A stretch of DNA of 64,000 nucleotides from Microcoleaceae cyanobacterium (GCA_051652765.1 JBOFUV010000131.1:32001-96000), one strand, 5' to 3'. Counted from the stretch's first letter, positions 10,648 through 23,210 are shown. A program made the numbers and translations. Notes: generated from the letters alone by a model not told the origin.

Positions 10648-11250
10648 ATGCTCACGAATCATCGATTAATGACACCTCCTCTCGAACTTTTGTGGGCTAT
10701 CATTGGCGTTTTGCTCACAATCGGTGGCACCTTTTTGCCTGCTTTTGTTGCCGATCCAGCTTGGTTATGGGAACAAAAAGAAGTTCAGGTCTACTCCCTG
10801 GGTGTCACCTTTCAGATTGGGGCAGTGTTATTCATTGGATGCATGGGTGGACGGAATGCGGCTGCGATCTCCCAAATTGCCTATCTGGCCCTAGGGCTAA
10901 CAATCCTGCCTGTATTTTCAGAAGGTGGGGGTTTGGCCTACTTGAACCAACCGACCTTTGGCTACCTCCTGGGATTTATTCCGGGGGGGTGGGTTTGCGG
11001 ATCTTTGGCTTTCAGGTCTCCTCCTAAGCTGGAGTTCCTTTCTCTCAGTTGCTGTTGCGGACTACTCACAATTCATGGTGTTGGCATCGTCTATTTTATA
11101 TTGGGTAACATGAATGCCATGCTGAGCCCAACTGTTCCGCTGACTGAAGCGCTCTACAGATATTCGCTGTATCCCTTCCCTGGGCAGTTTGGGGTTGCTT
11201 GTGCTGTGACTGTTTTATCCTATGTGCTGCGAGGTTTGATGTTCTACTAG
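10648..11250 (+). CDS. bioY: Biotin transporter BioY
   Basis: LPVFSEGGG...PTFGYLLGF motif; adjacent to bioB. Confidence 0.9.
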   Translation: MLTNHRLMTPPLELLWAIIGVLLTIGGTFLPAFVADPAWLWEQKEVQVYSLGVTFQIGAVLFIGCMGGRNAAAISQIAYLALGLTILPVFSEGGGLAYLNQPTFGYLLGFIPGGWVCGSLAFRSPPKLEFLSLSCCCGLLTIHGVGIVYFILGNMNAMLSPTVPLTEALYRYSLYPFPGQFGVACAVTVLSYVLRGLMFY

Positions 11251-11264
11251 CCAAGATTAAGCCT

Positions 11265-11753
11265 TTGAAAAAAAATTCTCTCTTTTGGACTGCTGCTGTC
11301 ACGAGCTTAATCGTTGATCATCTCACAAAATTTTGGGTGGTACAAACGTTTGAGTTAACTGCTCCACCTGAGACTGTTCCGATCTGGCCAGGAGTTTTTC
11401 ATTTCACCTATGTTGTCAATACGGGGGCTGCTTTTAGTCTGTTTCATGGCGGAGTATTTTGGCTGCGCTGGCTTTCCCTAGGAGTGAGTTTATTCTTGCT
11501 GGCGATCGCTCTATTTGGCCCCCGATTGAACCGCTTAGAACAGTTAGGATATGGCCTAATTTTAGGGGGTGCTCTGGGAAATGGAATTGATCGCTTTGTT
11601 TCTGGTCATGTTGTTGATTTTTTGGACTTTCGCTTGATCCAGTTTCCCGTGTTTAATCTGGCCGATGTCTCAATCAATATTGGGATTTTTTGCTTGTTGA
11701 TAGTCACATTTAGACAAGACTTCATCCGTCACCCCCCCGAAGAACGGCGCTAA
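11265..11753 (+). CDS. lspA: Lipoprotein signal peptidase II
   Basis: NTGAAFS, GALGNGIDR, VVDFLD and FNLAD motifs; TTG start inferred. Confidence 0.93.
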   Translation: MKKNSLFWTAAVTSLIVDHLTKFWVVQTFELTAPPETVPIWPGVFHFTYVVNTGAAFSLFHGGVFWLRWLSLGVSLFLLAIALFGPRLNRLEQLGYGLILGGALGNGIDRFVSGHVVDFLDFRLIQFPVFNLADVSINIGIFCLLIVTFRQDFIRHPPEERR

Positions 11754-11848
11754 CCGCTTGAAGTTTAGAGCAATCAAGAGAGGTTGTTCCTACAGACTGG
11801 CTGCGCTAACGTAGAAGTTATCAGTAATCGTAGTTATCAGCAAAAACG

Positions 11849-12175
11849 ATGGACAAATTTGCTTCTCCTGCCCTGATCAATCACCGCCTGAACAGCCCAA
11901 CAACAACTGTTCTAGGGGAGTTCAGTGAGTTAGAACTGGCTCAAGCTCTAGCGGAAAAACTAGCAATTTCTGAGCGAGACTGGCATCGACTCAAATCCAA
12001 CCCTCAGGCAAGAGCAAATGAACTCGCTGCTGCGGCTCTAATTTTTCTGCTCAAAAAGCAACCTGGGGAAGCTCTACCTCGTTTGGAGCAAGCAGTAGGT
12101 TGGCTGAATCACTCTGTCAAAGCTCCTCCTTGCCCAACCCATGGTGTTAAGACTGTTTCTAACGAGAGCGACTAA
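11849..12175 (+). CDS. Conserved cyanobacterial hypothetical protein (DUF6439-like)
   Basis: DWHRLKSN...WL...PPCPTHG pattern; convergent with pmgA. Confidence 0.7.
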   Translation: MDKFASPALINHRLNSPTTTVLGEFSELELAQALAEKLAISERDWHRLKSNPQARANELAAAALIFLLKKQPGEALPRLEQAVGWLNHSVKAPPCPTHGVKTVSNESD

Positions 12176-12620
12176 AGCTCTCAAGGTCTTTACGCAGAGT
12201 CAGCTCTGTTCCTCGATAGTTCCATTCAACTCGGTCAAAGACTTGATGTAGGATGTAGAGACCTCGTCCACATTCATGATCAACATGGGGCAGATCACTA
12301 TCCCAAATAGGAAGAGATTCTGAGCGACTTAGGCAACAACATTGGGGAGGTTGGAACCCGCTTCCCTGATCAGAAATAATCCACCAGAGTTGATTCTTTA
12401 AAACCGAAAATCGAACGACAATCGTTTTATTGGGATCTAGCTCGTTACCATGCTTTGCTGCATTGACCAACGCCTCCTGCAGTCCAAGCCGTAACTCAGC
12501 CTGCCATTGACTCGGGACTTCAGCTAGAAGGAGATCGAGGACAGGACAAAGGTAAAGCGTGGAAGCAAAGCTTACAGTCACCCAGTTTCGTTTGGCCGGA
12601 CGCGATGAGACTGCAATCAC
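12159..12620 (-). CDS. pmgA: Anti-sigma-factor-like HATPase (PmgA-like)
   Basis: SFASTLYLCPVLDLLL, EALVNAAKHGN, DQGSGF and GRGLY motifs. Confidence 0.8.
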   Translation of the reverse strand: MIAVSSRPAKRNWVTVSFASTLYLCPVLDLLLAEVPSQWQAELRLGLQEALVNAAKHGNELDPNKTIVVRFSVLKNQLWWIISDQGSGFQPPQCCCLSRSESLPIWDSDLPHVDHECGRGLYILHQVFDRVEWNYRGTELTLRKDLESFSRSR

Positions 12621-12957
12621 TCAGAAAACTCCCTAGCTAACTGATGGACATTGTTCACGTTCTGACGCATAGACTGAACATTCTCCCATAGCTTTGACTC
12701 AGTGGATTTGACTCAGCGAGAACGTCAAACTCGAGTATTCGTTCTTACTTTTAAGGTTACCAAAACCCTCGCTAAAATACATCCTCTGGAACATGCCGTT
12801 TTAGAAATTCTCCTTGAATTTTTGCTCCGCAGGGTGGGAAGAAAGCCCCTAGGATCGGTACAAGGAGCAATTGAAGCGCCAGCCAGACTGAACTTTGATT
12901 CAAAAAATCTGTTACGATGACTCACAGGCTTTACAAGAACTTTACAAAATTCACAAA

Positions 12958-13893
12958 ATGTCCTTAGCTGTAGTAACTGATGCCAGTTCGGATCTAGGTG
13001 AATACTGGCAGTGGCGGGATCAGTTAATTTATTATGTTCATCGCGATGTCCATCTGGGTGCATCCTCATCTCAGCGCGCGGCTCTGCTGATGGTTCATGG
13101 GTTTGGGGCTTCAACAGATCACTGGCGCAAAAATATTCTGGGTTTGCAGGCAGATTTTGAGGTCTGGGCGATTGACTTGGTGGGGTTTGGACGGTCAGCC
13201 AAACCCAGTTGGGACTACAGCGGTGAACTTTGGCGAGATCAACTGCATGACTTTATCACTCAGGTGATTCAGCGCCCTACGGTTCTGATTGGAAATTCCC
13301 TAGGGGGCTACAGTGCCCTGAGTACAGCAGCTTCTGATCCAGAATTAACAGCGGGTTTAATTTTGCTGAATAGTGCTGGGCCTTTCACTGAACCTCAACC
13401 CCAGGCAGAACTATCTCCTGGGCAGAAAACCAGGTTGCAACTCCGGCGATCGCTGTTTCGGCAGAGTTGGGTCAGTTTTTTGATTTTTCAATGGACACGG
13501 CGACGCTCCCTGATTCGTCGCGTTCTCAAGCAAGTTTATCTCGATCAAAGTGCTGTCACTGAGCAGCTTGTAGAAGAAATCTATCGTCCATCTTGTGCTC
13601 CTGGGGCGGCTCAAGTTTTTGCCTCAGTGTTCAAATCGCCTTCGGGTGACCCAGTAGATGTTTTGTTGAACCGGCTTCAATGCCCTCTATTGCTCCTCTG
13701 GGGAGAGGGTGACCCGTGGATGGATTGTCGCAGTCGTAGCGTTAAATTTCACCAGCATTATCCCCAACTGACGGAATATTTTCTGCAAGCGGGCCATTGT
13801 CCCCATGATGAAATTCCTAATCAAGTCAACGATTTGATTCGGTCTTGGGTATTGTCTTTGGATCAATTTGCTGAAGCCGAGGTTAGTCTGTGA
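12958..13893 (+). CDS. Alpha/beta hydrolase
   Basis: HGFGASTDHW, GNSLGG nucleophile elbow, AGHCPHDE; start trimmed to ATG at 12958. Confidence 0.9.
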   Translation: MSLAVVTDASSDLGEYWQWRDQLIYYVHRDVHLGASSSQRAALLMVHGFGASTDHWRKNILGLQADFEVWAIDLVGFGRSAKPSWDYSGELWRDQLHDFITQVIQRPTVLIGNSLGGYSALSTAASDPELTAGLILLNSAGPFTEPQPQAELSPGQKTRLQLRRSLFRQSWVSFLIFQWTRRRSLIRRVLKQVYLDQSAVTEQLVEEIYRPSCAPGAAQVFASVFKSPSGDPVDVLLNRLQCPLLLLWGEGDPWMDCRSRSVKFHQHYPQLTEYFLQAGHCPHDEIPNQVNDLIRSWVLSLDQFAEAEVSL

Positions 13894-13917
13894 TCAAGGG
13901 AACTCGACGCGGAAGTT

Positions 13918-14274
13918 TTACCAGGAAAATTTGGGATGAATTCTAGGATTGAGCTTCTCCTGAACAAGTTTGCCTTCTTTCAAATGCTGCTGAACAATTG
14001 TAGGAACATCAGAGGGCTGAACCCATGCATACCAAGTCTCATCCGGCAGTATACGAACACTAGGGCCAATGTTGCATTGCCCCATACACCCACTACATTC
14101 AACCTCAAAACCTGGATTGATTAGGGCCTGGAAGGCTTTCAGGGTTTCTGCAGCACCGTTCCTCAGACAGGATTGATGTTGACAAACTAAAACCCGGTAA
14201 ACGGTTTCAGATGAAGCAATTTGGCTACTAGCAAGACTGTCAGAAAATGTATTTTCAGAAAGGGTTTCAGGCAT
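13918..14274 (-). CDS. Thioredoxin-like [2Fe-2S] ferredoxin
   Basis: VCQHQSC...GCMGQC..GP...WY pattern. Confidence 0.85.
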   Translation of the reverse strand: MPETLSENTFSDSLASSQIASSETVYRVLVCQHQSCLRNGAAETLKAFQALINPGFEVECSGCMGQCNIGPSVRILPDETWYAWVQPSDVPTIVQQHLKEGKLVQEKLNPRIHPKFSW

Positions 14275-14422
14275 CAGGATTGAGTCAGATCGATGGTTTC
14301 TACTCTTTCCATTATGGGCGATGAAAGTTTTGGATCGTTATCTCGAACTCCGCATAATTTAATCGGTTCAAAGCTTTGATCCTCAAAGCTCTGAACTCTT
14401 TTGCATAAGCATCAATTTAAGC

Positions 14423-15316
14423 TTACTGAACAGGTTTGATTTCTAGAAGCCCATCGGCGGTAAATTTTACTTCAAACTGAGTTGTTTCTTTTCCAGATGC
14501 AGTAGTAGTGCCCATTTTTACTAACCCTGGAAGGGGAGTATTATCCAAGTTTTGTTTAGCAACTTCAGACTGAGGCTCAACCTGAGCGATCGCCCCCTCA
14601 GGGGTTACCTGCAAGAGATAAGCAGAGTCTTCTGTCACTGGCGTATTCTTCTTTGTCCACTCCTGATCAAGCTTGTCATAAACGGTTTGGCTCAGTTGAG
14701 TGACATCAACTGCTGCGGTTGAGGTCTGAGGTTTTGTGGCAGTGTCTGGCATTGGAGTTGAGGTTGATGCTGAAGTGCTGTCAGTAGAAACTTTTGGGGT
14801 TTCTGTACTAGAGGATGATGTTGCCACAGGGGCTGAGGTCTCTGCAGAAATCGGAGTTGCATCAGGGGAAACCGTCGGAGCAGGAGAAGTGGTTGTTTCT
14901 AGTTTGGCCGCTGTCGTTGCTGGGGAGGGGGAGGTCGTTGTGGTTTTGGCTTCCGAGTCCAGAATTGTGGATTCGGTCGTTGCCGAGGTTGAAGGCGTGA
15001 GTTCGGTTGTGGTAGGTGTTGCCGTTATTTCCGGGGTTGCTGCTGCGATTGGCTTAGGAGTTTCAACTGGAACTAGGGTGGTAGATGCTGGTGTCTCTTG
15101 CAGGTCAGGGGATGACGTTACTACGGTTTCCGTTACCGTGGTGGATTCGTTAGCAGTCACAGGGGGCAAGGGATTCAGAGCAATAGAGCCCCATAATGTT
15201 CCCAAGATAGATGCAGCCAGAGCAACAATTGACGTTGCTTTTAGGGTTGAGGGCATTTCTGAACTTGTGGCTGAATCAACTGAATGATCCTGACTCTTAG
15301 AGTAGTTAGGGTGCAT
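14423..15316 (-). CDS. Membrane-anchored Thr/Ser/Pro-rich hypothetical protein with a small folded C-terminal domain
   Basis: N-terminal hydrophobic helix, long low-complexity T/S/P linker, globular-looking last ~95 aa. Confidence 0.7.
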   Translation of the reverse strand: MHPNYSKSQDHSVDSATSSEMPSTLKATSIVALAASILGTLWGSIALNPLPPVTANESTTVTETVVTSSPDLQETPASTTLVPVETPKPIAAATPEITATPTTTELTPSTSATTESTILDSEAKTTTTSPSPATTAAKLETTTSPAPTVSPDATPISAETSAPVATSSSSTETPKVSTDSTSASTSTPMPDTATKPQTSTAAVDVTQLSQTVYDKLDQEWTKKNTPVTEDSAYLLQVTPEGAIAQVEPQSEVAKQNLDNTPLPGLVKMGTTTASGKETTQFEVKFTADGLLEIKPVQ

Positions 15317-15676
15317 GTTCAATACCTCGTAGATCAAAACATTTGGAGTTGAAAAATATTGTTACACAATTCCAAATTTTCCTGCGTTTTTCAAGGACAA
15401 AAGACCACCTAATTCAGCGTTCAAAGGAATGACTTAGATGGGATATTCTGAGCGAACTCTCTTTTCAAATTCAGATCAAATTCAGAATATCCTAATACAC
15501 TAAAACCCTTAAATTTATGTATTCATAACTACACTTAAGATCGCCAATTTAAGAAAGATGATGTTGCCCTTGTGACACTAGTGATTTGTCTGGACAAACT
15601 TCACAGGTTGGGGTGACAGTTTTCTTCTTCTGCCTAGCAGTACAAAATGAAATCTAATCAGCCTCAACCCTAAACT

Positions 15677-16642
<966 letters not shown>

Positions 16643-16782
16643 CTAAAACTCAATTAAAACGTTCTCCTATTGTAGGAATCTTACACGAATCTAGCTATTC
16701 TAACGTTTAACTATTCTTACAATGTTTTTACAATGTAAACTTTTGCTGTTTCAGGAGTCGCCCAATCTATCTAAATCGTCTC

Positions 16783-19700
16783 TCAAGGATTTTTGTAACA
16801 AGCATTTTTGTAAATCACTTCAGCTTCTATGCCTAAAGTTTTAAAACGTTGTGTAACAGCTTCACTATCTTCAACCCAAAGTTGAGGATTATCACTGTAG
16901 AGACGAACCGTTTGTTGATGATTTTGACCTAGAACCAAGACTTCGATTGGGACTTTAACTGCATGGGGATTGCCCGAGTATTCGGTCAGAACAGCCTTCA
17001 GATCATTCAACATTTGAGCTTCCTTTAAAATTGTTTTAGGGAATACTTTAAGCCTGACGACTGGCTGAGAAAATGATTGAATAGAACGATCAGATATCTG
17101 AGAGGTTACTTCTGGCTGAAGCGCAACTGTTGATGATTGAACCAACTCAAACTTAGATAGTTCAGATGTTAATAACTCAGGTTTAACTGACTCAACTGTT
17201 TCAACAATCAGTTGAATCTTATCTTCATCCCGACTATCAGAGCAATCGGCTCGACCTGTGATTAGAACAACTTCGCCTTCCTTCAGTTGATTTTGAATCG
17301 CTTGATAAGTTCGCGGAAAAACGACTGCTTCAACTTGTTGCGTTAAGTCTTCTACCTGTAAAAAAGCCATCGGATCACCCTTTTTTGTAACGTGAAACTT
17401 GACCGTTGTCAGCATTACAATTGCCTTGATCATAGACTTGCTTTTCTGTTCTGAGATCTCAGATAAAGTGATCACATCTGGATCTGAATTTGCGGCAACA
17501 ATTGTTTTTAAAGGGTGATCTGAAACATAAAATCCTAGCAATTCTTTCTCAAATTGTAACTTTTCTTGGGTTGGAAAATCTTCAACTTTGGGGGCAGGAG
17601 GAGCATCCTCATGGGATTGACTGGTCAACGAAGTTTCACCCAGAAGATCAAAAATACTGCCTTGACCAATCGCTCGATCTTTGGCCTTATTTTGCGCCCA
17701 AGCCGTTAACTTTTCTAGATGCTGAATCGATTGTTTGCGATTTGGATTTAGACTGCTCAGTGCACCACATTTCACTAAAGATTCTAAAGCACGACTATTC
17801 ACAATCTGTAGACTAACGCGATCGCAAAAATCTGCTAAATCCTTAAATTTTCCACCCTCATGACGAGCAGACAAAATATTCTCAATTGCCCCCTCTCCAA
17901 CATTTTTAATTGCAGAAAGACCAAAAATAATTTTGCCATCTGTTGGCGTAAAATCAAACCCCGATTGATTGACATCTGGCGGGACAACATTGATCTTTAG
18001 TCTCCGTTGACAAGAATCAATATATTTCTGAATTTTATCAGTAGTGCCACTGTTTTCTGTGAGTAAAGCCGCCATGTACTCAACAGGATAGTTTGCCTTT
18101 AAATATGCCGTAATATAAGTTACATAGCCATAGGCAGTCGAGTGAGATTTGTTAAAACAATACTCTGCAAACTTAACCATCTTGTCGAACAAACTTTTGG
18201 CAATCTTTTGATCAATTCCATTTTCACTTGTCCGAGCAATAAAAGTTTCCTGGTGCTTTTCCATCTCTGAGACTTTCTTCTTTCCCATAGCTCGACGGAG
18301 TAAATCTGCTTCGCCCAGGGAATAATTTGCCAAGTCCTGAGCGACTCTCATAATCTGCTCTTGATAGACTAAAATTCCGTAGGTTTCTTGAAGAATGGGT
18401 TCCAACAAAGGATGCTCGTATTCAATCGGTTCTCGGCCATGTTTGCGATTAATAAAATCAGGAATCAAACCTGCATCAAGCGGCCCTGGTCGATAGAGGG
18501 CTAGAATCGACGATAAATCTTCAATACTAGACGGCTTCAGATCCCTAACAATTTGTCGCATTCCTGAGGATTCAAGCTGAAAGATGCCTTCTAAATCTCC
18601 TTTAGCCAGAAGATGATAGGTTTTTTGAATATCTTCGGGCAGTTTTTTTGCTGTACCACGGGCTAAAATTTCCATGGTTTTCCGTTCAGAGGCTGGAAGT
18701 TCATAGGGGTCAATCGTCAGGCTATAATTCTGCTGAATATAACCGAGCGATCGCTGGATTGTTGTTAAATTCTTCAGCCCTAGGAAATCCATTTTCAACA
18801 ATCCAATGGCCTCAATATCTTCCATAAAATATTGAGTAATCACGGCCCCGTCATTATTTCTTTGGAGTGGAACAATTTCATCCAAAGCCTCCTTGGAAAT
18901 TACAACTCCAGCTGCATGAACCCCAAAGGTTTTATTAGTACCTTCAATCCGAATTGCCATGTCTAGCCATTGTCGCACTGGAATTGTATTGATCTCTTCT
19001 CCAGCATCATTCTTAATTGGAACGTGTTCTTGTTCATAAGCCGTTTTAAATTCTAATGAAGGCGTTTCATCAGAAATCATGACCTTAAGCTTTGCAGGTT
19101 TTCCACGGGATACCGGAATTAACTTTGCCATTTGATCCGATTTACTATACGGAATTCCCAGAACTCGCGCCACATCTCTTAACACCGCCTTGGATGTCAT
19201 CCGATTGAAGGTAATAATTTGAGAGACCTTATCCTTGCCGTATTTGTCTGTAACATATTGAATCATTTCATCCCGCCGTTCAATACAAAAGTCCGTATCA
19301 ATATCCGGCATTGACTTTCGTTCTGGATTTAAAAATCGCTCAAATAACAAGCCATGATGAACGGGATCAATATTTGTAATTTCTAGTGCATAAGCGACCA
19401 GAGAACCTGCTGCCGAACCTCGGCCAGGGCCAACTGGAATATCATGATCTCTGGCATATTTGATATAGTCCCAAACCACCAGAAAATAGGTTGAAAATCC
19501 CATTTTCTGCATCATTTTTAGTTCGTAGTCTAAGCGCTCTCGATAAACAGAACTGACTTCAGTCCGATTGTCTGCTTTTAATCGTTCTAGGAGTCCTTGC
19601 CAAGCGACTTCTTCTAAGTAGGTATCGGGAGTATAATTGGCAGGCAGTGGATAATCTGGGATGCGGGGTTCCCCTAAAATTCCAGTATAGTCCTCAACTT

Positions 19701-20529
19701 TTTCAGCAACGGTTACTGTGTTGGCGATCGCGGTTTTGATCACATCTTCTGGTAGATGATCTTGGAACAATTGAGCCATTTCTTCAGCAGATTTTAAATA
19801 TTCTGTACCGCTATAGCGCATTCGTCGCTCATCTACAATTAATTTTTGCGTGTTGATACACAACAAAGCATCGTGAGCTTCAACGTCATTGCAGGAGATA
19901 AAATGAGAGTCATTAGTGGCAATAATTTCAATGTCAAATTCCCGCGCAATTTTTACGAGTTCAACATTCACTAAACGGTCTTCAAGAGAGCCATGATCTT
20001 GAACTTCAAGATAGTAGTCTTCTTCAAAAATTTGCTTGTACCATTGAGCAATGGTTCGAGCTACATCATATCTGCCTTGCAAAATAGCTTGAGGAATTTC
20101 TCCTCCCAGACAGGCACTCGTGACAATTAAGCCTTCATGATATTGTTCTAACAGTTCTTTGTTAATACAAGGACGAGCAAAAATTCCCTTTCCTTGAAAT
20201 CCTTGAAGATGGGAAATCGTCGTGAGTTTAACCAGATTTTTATAACCTTGAGTATTTTTAGCCAAGACAACCTGATGGTATTTTTTTCGTCGAGTTTCTT
20301 GCTTTTCAAGTTCCCCATTGACTACATACATTTCATTCCCAATAATGGGTTTAATTCCTTTGTTTTGACAGAGTTTAATCAACTCGACTGCCCCGTACAT
20401 TACCCCGTGATCGGTAACAGCGATTGCTGTCATTTCTAACTCTAATGCTCGATCAATCAATTGGGGTAATTGAGACGCTCCATCCAGCAAGCTATAATCA
20501 CTATGAATATGTAACCCAACAAAAGACAT
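16783..20529 (-). CDS. dnaE: DNA polymerase III alpha subunit, contiguous with no intein
   Basis: PHP domain ([11 protein letters not shown]), [26 protein letters not shown] and OB fold in one 1248-aa ORF. Confidence 0.97.
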   Translation of the reverse strand: MSFVGLHIHSDYSLLDGASQLPQLIDRALELEMTAIAVTDHGVMYGAVELIKLCQNKGIKPIIGNEMYVVNGELEKQETRRKKYHQVVLAKNTQGYKNLVKLTTISHLQGFQGKGIFARPCINKELLEQYHEGLIVTSACLGGEIPQAILQGRYDVARTIAQWYKQIFEEDYYLEVQDHGSLEDRLVNVELVKIAREFDIEIIATNDSHFISCNDVEAHDALLCINTQKLIVDERRMRYSGTEYLKSAEEMAQLFQDHLPEDVIKTAIANTVTVAEKVEDYTGILGEPRIPDYPLPANYTPDTYLEEVAWQGLLERLKADNRTEVSSVYRERLDYELKMMQKMGFSTYFLVVWDYIKYARDHDIPVGPGRGSAAGSLVAYALEITNIDPVHHGLLFERFLNPERKSMPDIDTDFCIERRDEMIQYVTDKYGKDKVSQIITFNRMTSKAVLRDVARVLGIPYSKSDQMAKLIPVSRGKPAKLKVMISDETPSLEFKTAYEQEHVPIKNDAGEEINTIPVRQWLDMAIRIEGTNKTFGVHAAGVVISKEALDEIVPLQRNNDGAVITQYFMEDIEAIGLLKMDFLGLKNLTTIQRSLGYIQQNYSLTIDPYELPASERKTMEILARGTAKKLPEDIQKTYHLLAKGDLEGIFQLESSGMRQIVRDLKPSSIEDLSSILALYRPGPLDAGLIPDFINRKHGREPIEYEHPLLEPILQETYGILVYQEQIMRVAQDLANYSLGEADLLRRAMGKKKVSEMEKHQETFIARTSENGIDQKIAKSLFDKMVKFAEYCFNKSHSTAYGYVTYITAYLKANYPVEYMAALLTENSGTTDKIQKYIDSCQRRLKINVVPPDVNQSGFDFTPTDGKIIFGLSAIKNVGEGAIENILSARHEGGKFKDLADFCDRVSLQIVNSRALESLVKCGALSSLNPNRKQSIQHLEKLTAWAQNKAKDRAIGQGSIFDLLGETSLTSQSHEDAPPAPKVEDFPTQEKLQFEKELLGFYVSDHPLKTIVAANSDPDVITLSEISEQKSKSMIKAIVMLTTVKFHVTKKGDPMAFLQVEDLTQQVEAVVFPRTYQAIQNQLKEGEVVLITGRADCSDSRDEDKIQLIVETVESVKPELLTSELSKFELVQSSTVALQPEVTSQISDRSIQSFSQPVVRLKVFPKTILKEAQMLNDLKAVLTEYSGNPHAVKVPIEVLVLGQNHQQTVRLYSDNPQLWVEDSEAVTQRFKTLGIEAEVIYKNACYKNP

Positions 20530-20554
20530 AGATTTAAGTAGTCAAATAAATAAG

Positions 20555-22333
20555 ATGATTGATTTTCGTAATCTTAACACTATCTGGACTTCTATTTTAG
20601 TTGAAACGCTACATTGTCTGGGGTTAAAAACAGCAATTCTTTGTCCAGGTTCACGGTCTGGCCCGTTAACAGTTGCCTTTGCTCAACACCCTGAAATCGA
20701 GTCAATTCCTATCTTAGATGAGCGTTCTGCTGCGTTTTTTGCCCTAGGAACAGCTCGAAAATCTGGCCTACCTACGGTTTTAGTCTGTACATCCGGAACA
20801 GCAGGAGCTAATTTCTATCCTGCGGTCATTGAAGCTAAAGAAAGTTGTATACCTCTGATTATTTTAACAGCCGATCGCCCCCCTGAACTGAGAAACTGTC
20901 ATGCTGGACAAACCGTAGATCAAGTAAAGTTATATGGCCATTATCCCAATTGGCAAATGGAGTTGAGATTACCTGCAATTGAGTTCAAAGCATTATCCTA
21001 TCTTCGACAGATGATCATCTATAGTTGGGAGCGATCACTAATCCCTATTCCCGGCGTTGTTCATCTCAATCTTCCCTTTGATATCCCTTTAGATCCGATC
21101 TCAAAACTAGAGGCTAATGCCCTAGAAAATCAGTTTCCAACTGATTTTTTTATAACTGTAAAACAGGGAAAAAACATCCGTTCAGTCTTGGATTTGGAAC
21201 CTCCTCTTACCTCTTATTTAAGTCATTGGCAGTCTTATGATCGTGGTATTTTAATTGCGGGAGTAGCCCAACCCAATTGTCCTCAAGTTTATGCTCAAGC
21301 TGTTATGCAATTGGCTCGTTTTTTGAATTGGCCAATCTTAGCTGAAGGGCTATCTCCTGTGCGGAATTATCATCATCTTTACGAACCGATCATTTCAACC
21401 TATGATTTGATTTTACGTAATCCTCAATTAGCAGAATCCCTATCCCCTCAAGTTGTGATTCAAGTGGGGGAATTGCCCACAAGCAAACTGTTGCGTACTT
21501 GGCTTGAAGAGACTGCCGTTGAGACTTTTATTTTGGATTCAACCTATCAAAATCTAGACCCATTACATCGTCCAACATTACATTTGCGAATCTCGATAGA
21601 ACAGCTTCTAGAAGTTTTGTTATCAGAGAACTTCTTAACCTCAGATCCAGCAAAGCCGTCTACTTATTTAAACCAATGGTTGAATGTAGAAATTCAAGCT
21701 AGAGCCTTGATCAACGAGGGGATGAAAACCTTAGATGAACTAATAGAGCCTAAGGTTTCCTGGCTACTTCCTCAAGTTTTGCCGATGAAGACTCCCATTT
21801 TTATTTCGAATAGTATGCCTGTTCGGGATGTTGAATTCTTTTGGCAGCCTAATTCTAGTCAAATTCAACCCTTTTTTAACCGGGGGGCAAATGGAATTGA
21901 TGGAACTTTATCAACTGCATTAGGCATTGCTCATCGGAATCAAAGTAGTGTTTTGCTGACGGGAGACCTGGCCCTTTTACATGACATTAATGGGTTTTTA
22001 TTCCACAATCAACTTCGAGGACATTTAACAATTTTATTAATTAATAATCAAGGCGGTGGGATTTTTGAAATGCTACCGATTGCTAGATTTGATCCCCCAT
22101 TTGAAAAGTTTTTTGCCACTCCTCAAGCGATTAATTTTGCTCAACTGTGTACCGCTTATCCAGTTGCTTATCAGATGATTTCATCTTGGTCAGAACTAGA
22201 AAGGGCTCTGAGTCCTTTACCTCAGTCTGGAATCCGAGTTCTGGAAATTTGCACGAATCGGAAATCAGACGCATTATGGCGATTGCAATTATTTAATCGG
22301 TTCAGCGTCGAAGACCTGAATTTAGGGCTTTAA
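20555..22333 (+). CDS. menD: SEPHCHC synthase
   Basis: CPGSRSGPL, DERSAAF, CTSGTA, NRGANGIDG and GDLALLHD motifs. Confidence 0.96.
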   Translation: MIDFRNLNTIWTSILVETLHCLGLKTAILCPGSRSGPLTVAFAQHPEIESIPILDERSAAFFALGTARKSGLPTVLVCTSGTAGANFYPAVIEAKESCIPLIILTADRPPELRNCHAGQTVDQVKLYGHYPNWQMELRLPAIEFKALSYLRQMIIYSWERSLIPIPGVVHLNLPFDIPLDPISKLEANALENQFPTDFFITVKQGKNIRSVLDLEPPLTSYLSHWQSYDRGILIAGVAQPNCPQVYAQAVMQLARFLNWPILAEGLSPVRNYHHLYEPIISTYDLILRNPQLAESLSPQVVIQVGELPTSKLLRTWLEETAVETFILDSTYQNLDPLHRPTLHLRISIEQLLEVLLSENFLTSDPAKPSTYLNQWLNVEIQARALINEGMKTLDELIEPKVSWLLPQVLPMKTPIFISNSMPVRDVEFFWQPNSSQIQPFFNRGANGIDGTLSTALGIAHRNQSSVLLTGDLALLHDINGFLFHNQLRGHLTILLINNQGGGIFEMLPIARFDPPFEKFFATPQAINFAQLCTAYPVAYQMISSWSELERALSPLPQSGIRVLEICTNRKSDALWRLQLFNRFSVEDLNLGL

Positions 22334-22635
22334 ACAGGAGCTTGAGCCAGTAAAGCATCTAGATTTCCGGCTGTATTCAGGTGATGGAGATCGTCACAGC
22401 CACCGATGTGTTGATTGTTGATAAAGATTTGTGGGACTGAACGACGACCATTCGCCCGCTCTGACATTTTAATCCGGGCGGCTCCGTCGCCGTCAATTTT
22501 GTATTCAGTGTATTGAACTCCTTTCCACCACAGGAGTAACTTTGCTCGAATGCAATAGGGGCAGGTTTGCCAGGTATAAATTTCGACGTTAGCTTTAACC
22601 TGATCCGAACGATGCTTAAAAAAGGCGTTTAGCAT
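22330..22635 (-). CDS. grxC: Glutaredoxin 3
   Basis: CPYC, SVPQIFI and GGCDD motifs. Confidence 0.93.
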   Translation of the reverse strand: MLNAFFKHRSDQVKANVEIYTWQTCPYCIRAKLLLWWKGVQYTEYKIDGDGAARIKMSERANGRRSVPQIFINNQHIGGCDDLHHLNTAGNLDALLAQAPV

Positions 22636-22672
22636 TGGAGTAGAACCTCTCTAAAAAGCAGTTGACTGAAAG

Positions 22673-22927
22673 CTAATAGCTATTAACACTCAACCGTCTA
22701 GTTCCTGGCTTAACTCGATTGCCCCGACGGAAGTCTTTTAACATGACTGCGTAATAGTAGCCCACGAAGCACAGGTTAATGCCAAAGAAAACGGCAGTGA
22801 GCAAAAATCTCAACACAGAGGCGATACCAAAGTCTGAGAACAGGGCAAACATTGAAAAGACGACTGAACACAGGCCAAACCCAGAGGCAAAAGAGCTGAG
22901 AACTAGAAGACGAATTTTAGACATCAC
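22673..22927 (-). CDS. Small two-TM hypothetical membrane protein
   Basis: Two hydrophobic helices and a basic tail; same strand as its neighbours. Confidence 0.55.
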   Translation of the reverse strand: MMSKIRLLVLSSFASGFGLCSVVFSMFALFSDFGIASVLRFLLTAVFFGINLCFVGYYYAVMLKDFRRGNRVKPGTRRLSVNSY

Positions 22928-23170
22928 TGAACTAGAGAATTACTTAACGGTATATCTGACGGTTGTCTGCTGAACTTGGTTAAGGAACAGAACTGCTGTC
23001 ATCTCTCAGAGGTTGAACAGTATAGTTCTATCTAAAAGCAAGCCATGGCTCAACTTCTTCAAGATCATTGACTCTGTCAATCAGAGTTTTAACTTCGTAT
23101 TTTATCTGTATTTTAGCGATGTTTTAACGATGTTTTAAAGACCTCAAGTCAATTTCTCCAATTGGCTGAG

Positions 23171-23186
23171 GCGGGCGTTTGCCCGC
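23171..23186 (-). terminator. GC-rich hairpin downstream of vipp1
   Basis: GCGGGC-GTTT-GCCCGC, 25 nt past the stop codon; no clear U-tract. Confidence 0.4.
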
Positions 23187-23210
23187 ATTGCCTTTTAACA
23201 GCTCACTGAT

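Noticed and set aside
12621..12957. Possible ncRNA or leader upstream of pmgA
   Set aside because: No structure or family could be supported without an Rfam or alignment search
14736..15287. 183-aa plus-strand Val/Gly-rich ORF
   Set aside because: It is the antisense shadow of the Thr/Pro-rich minus-strand gene
16716..16736. TTACAATGT direct repeat upstream of por as HLR1
   Set aside because: The period is 11 rather than the 10 of HLR1; it may be another micro-duplication
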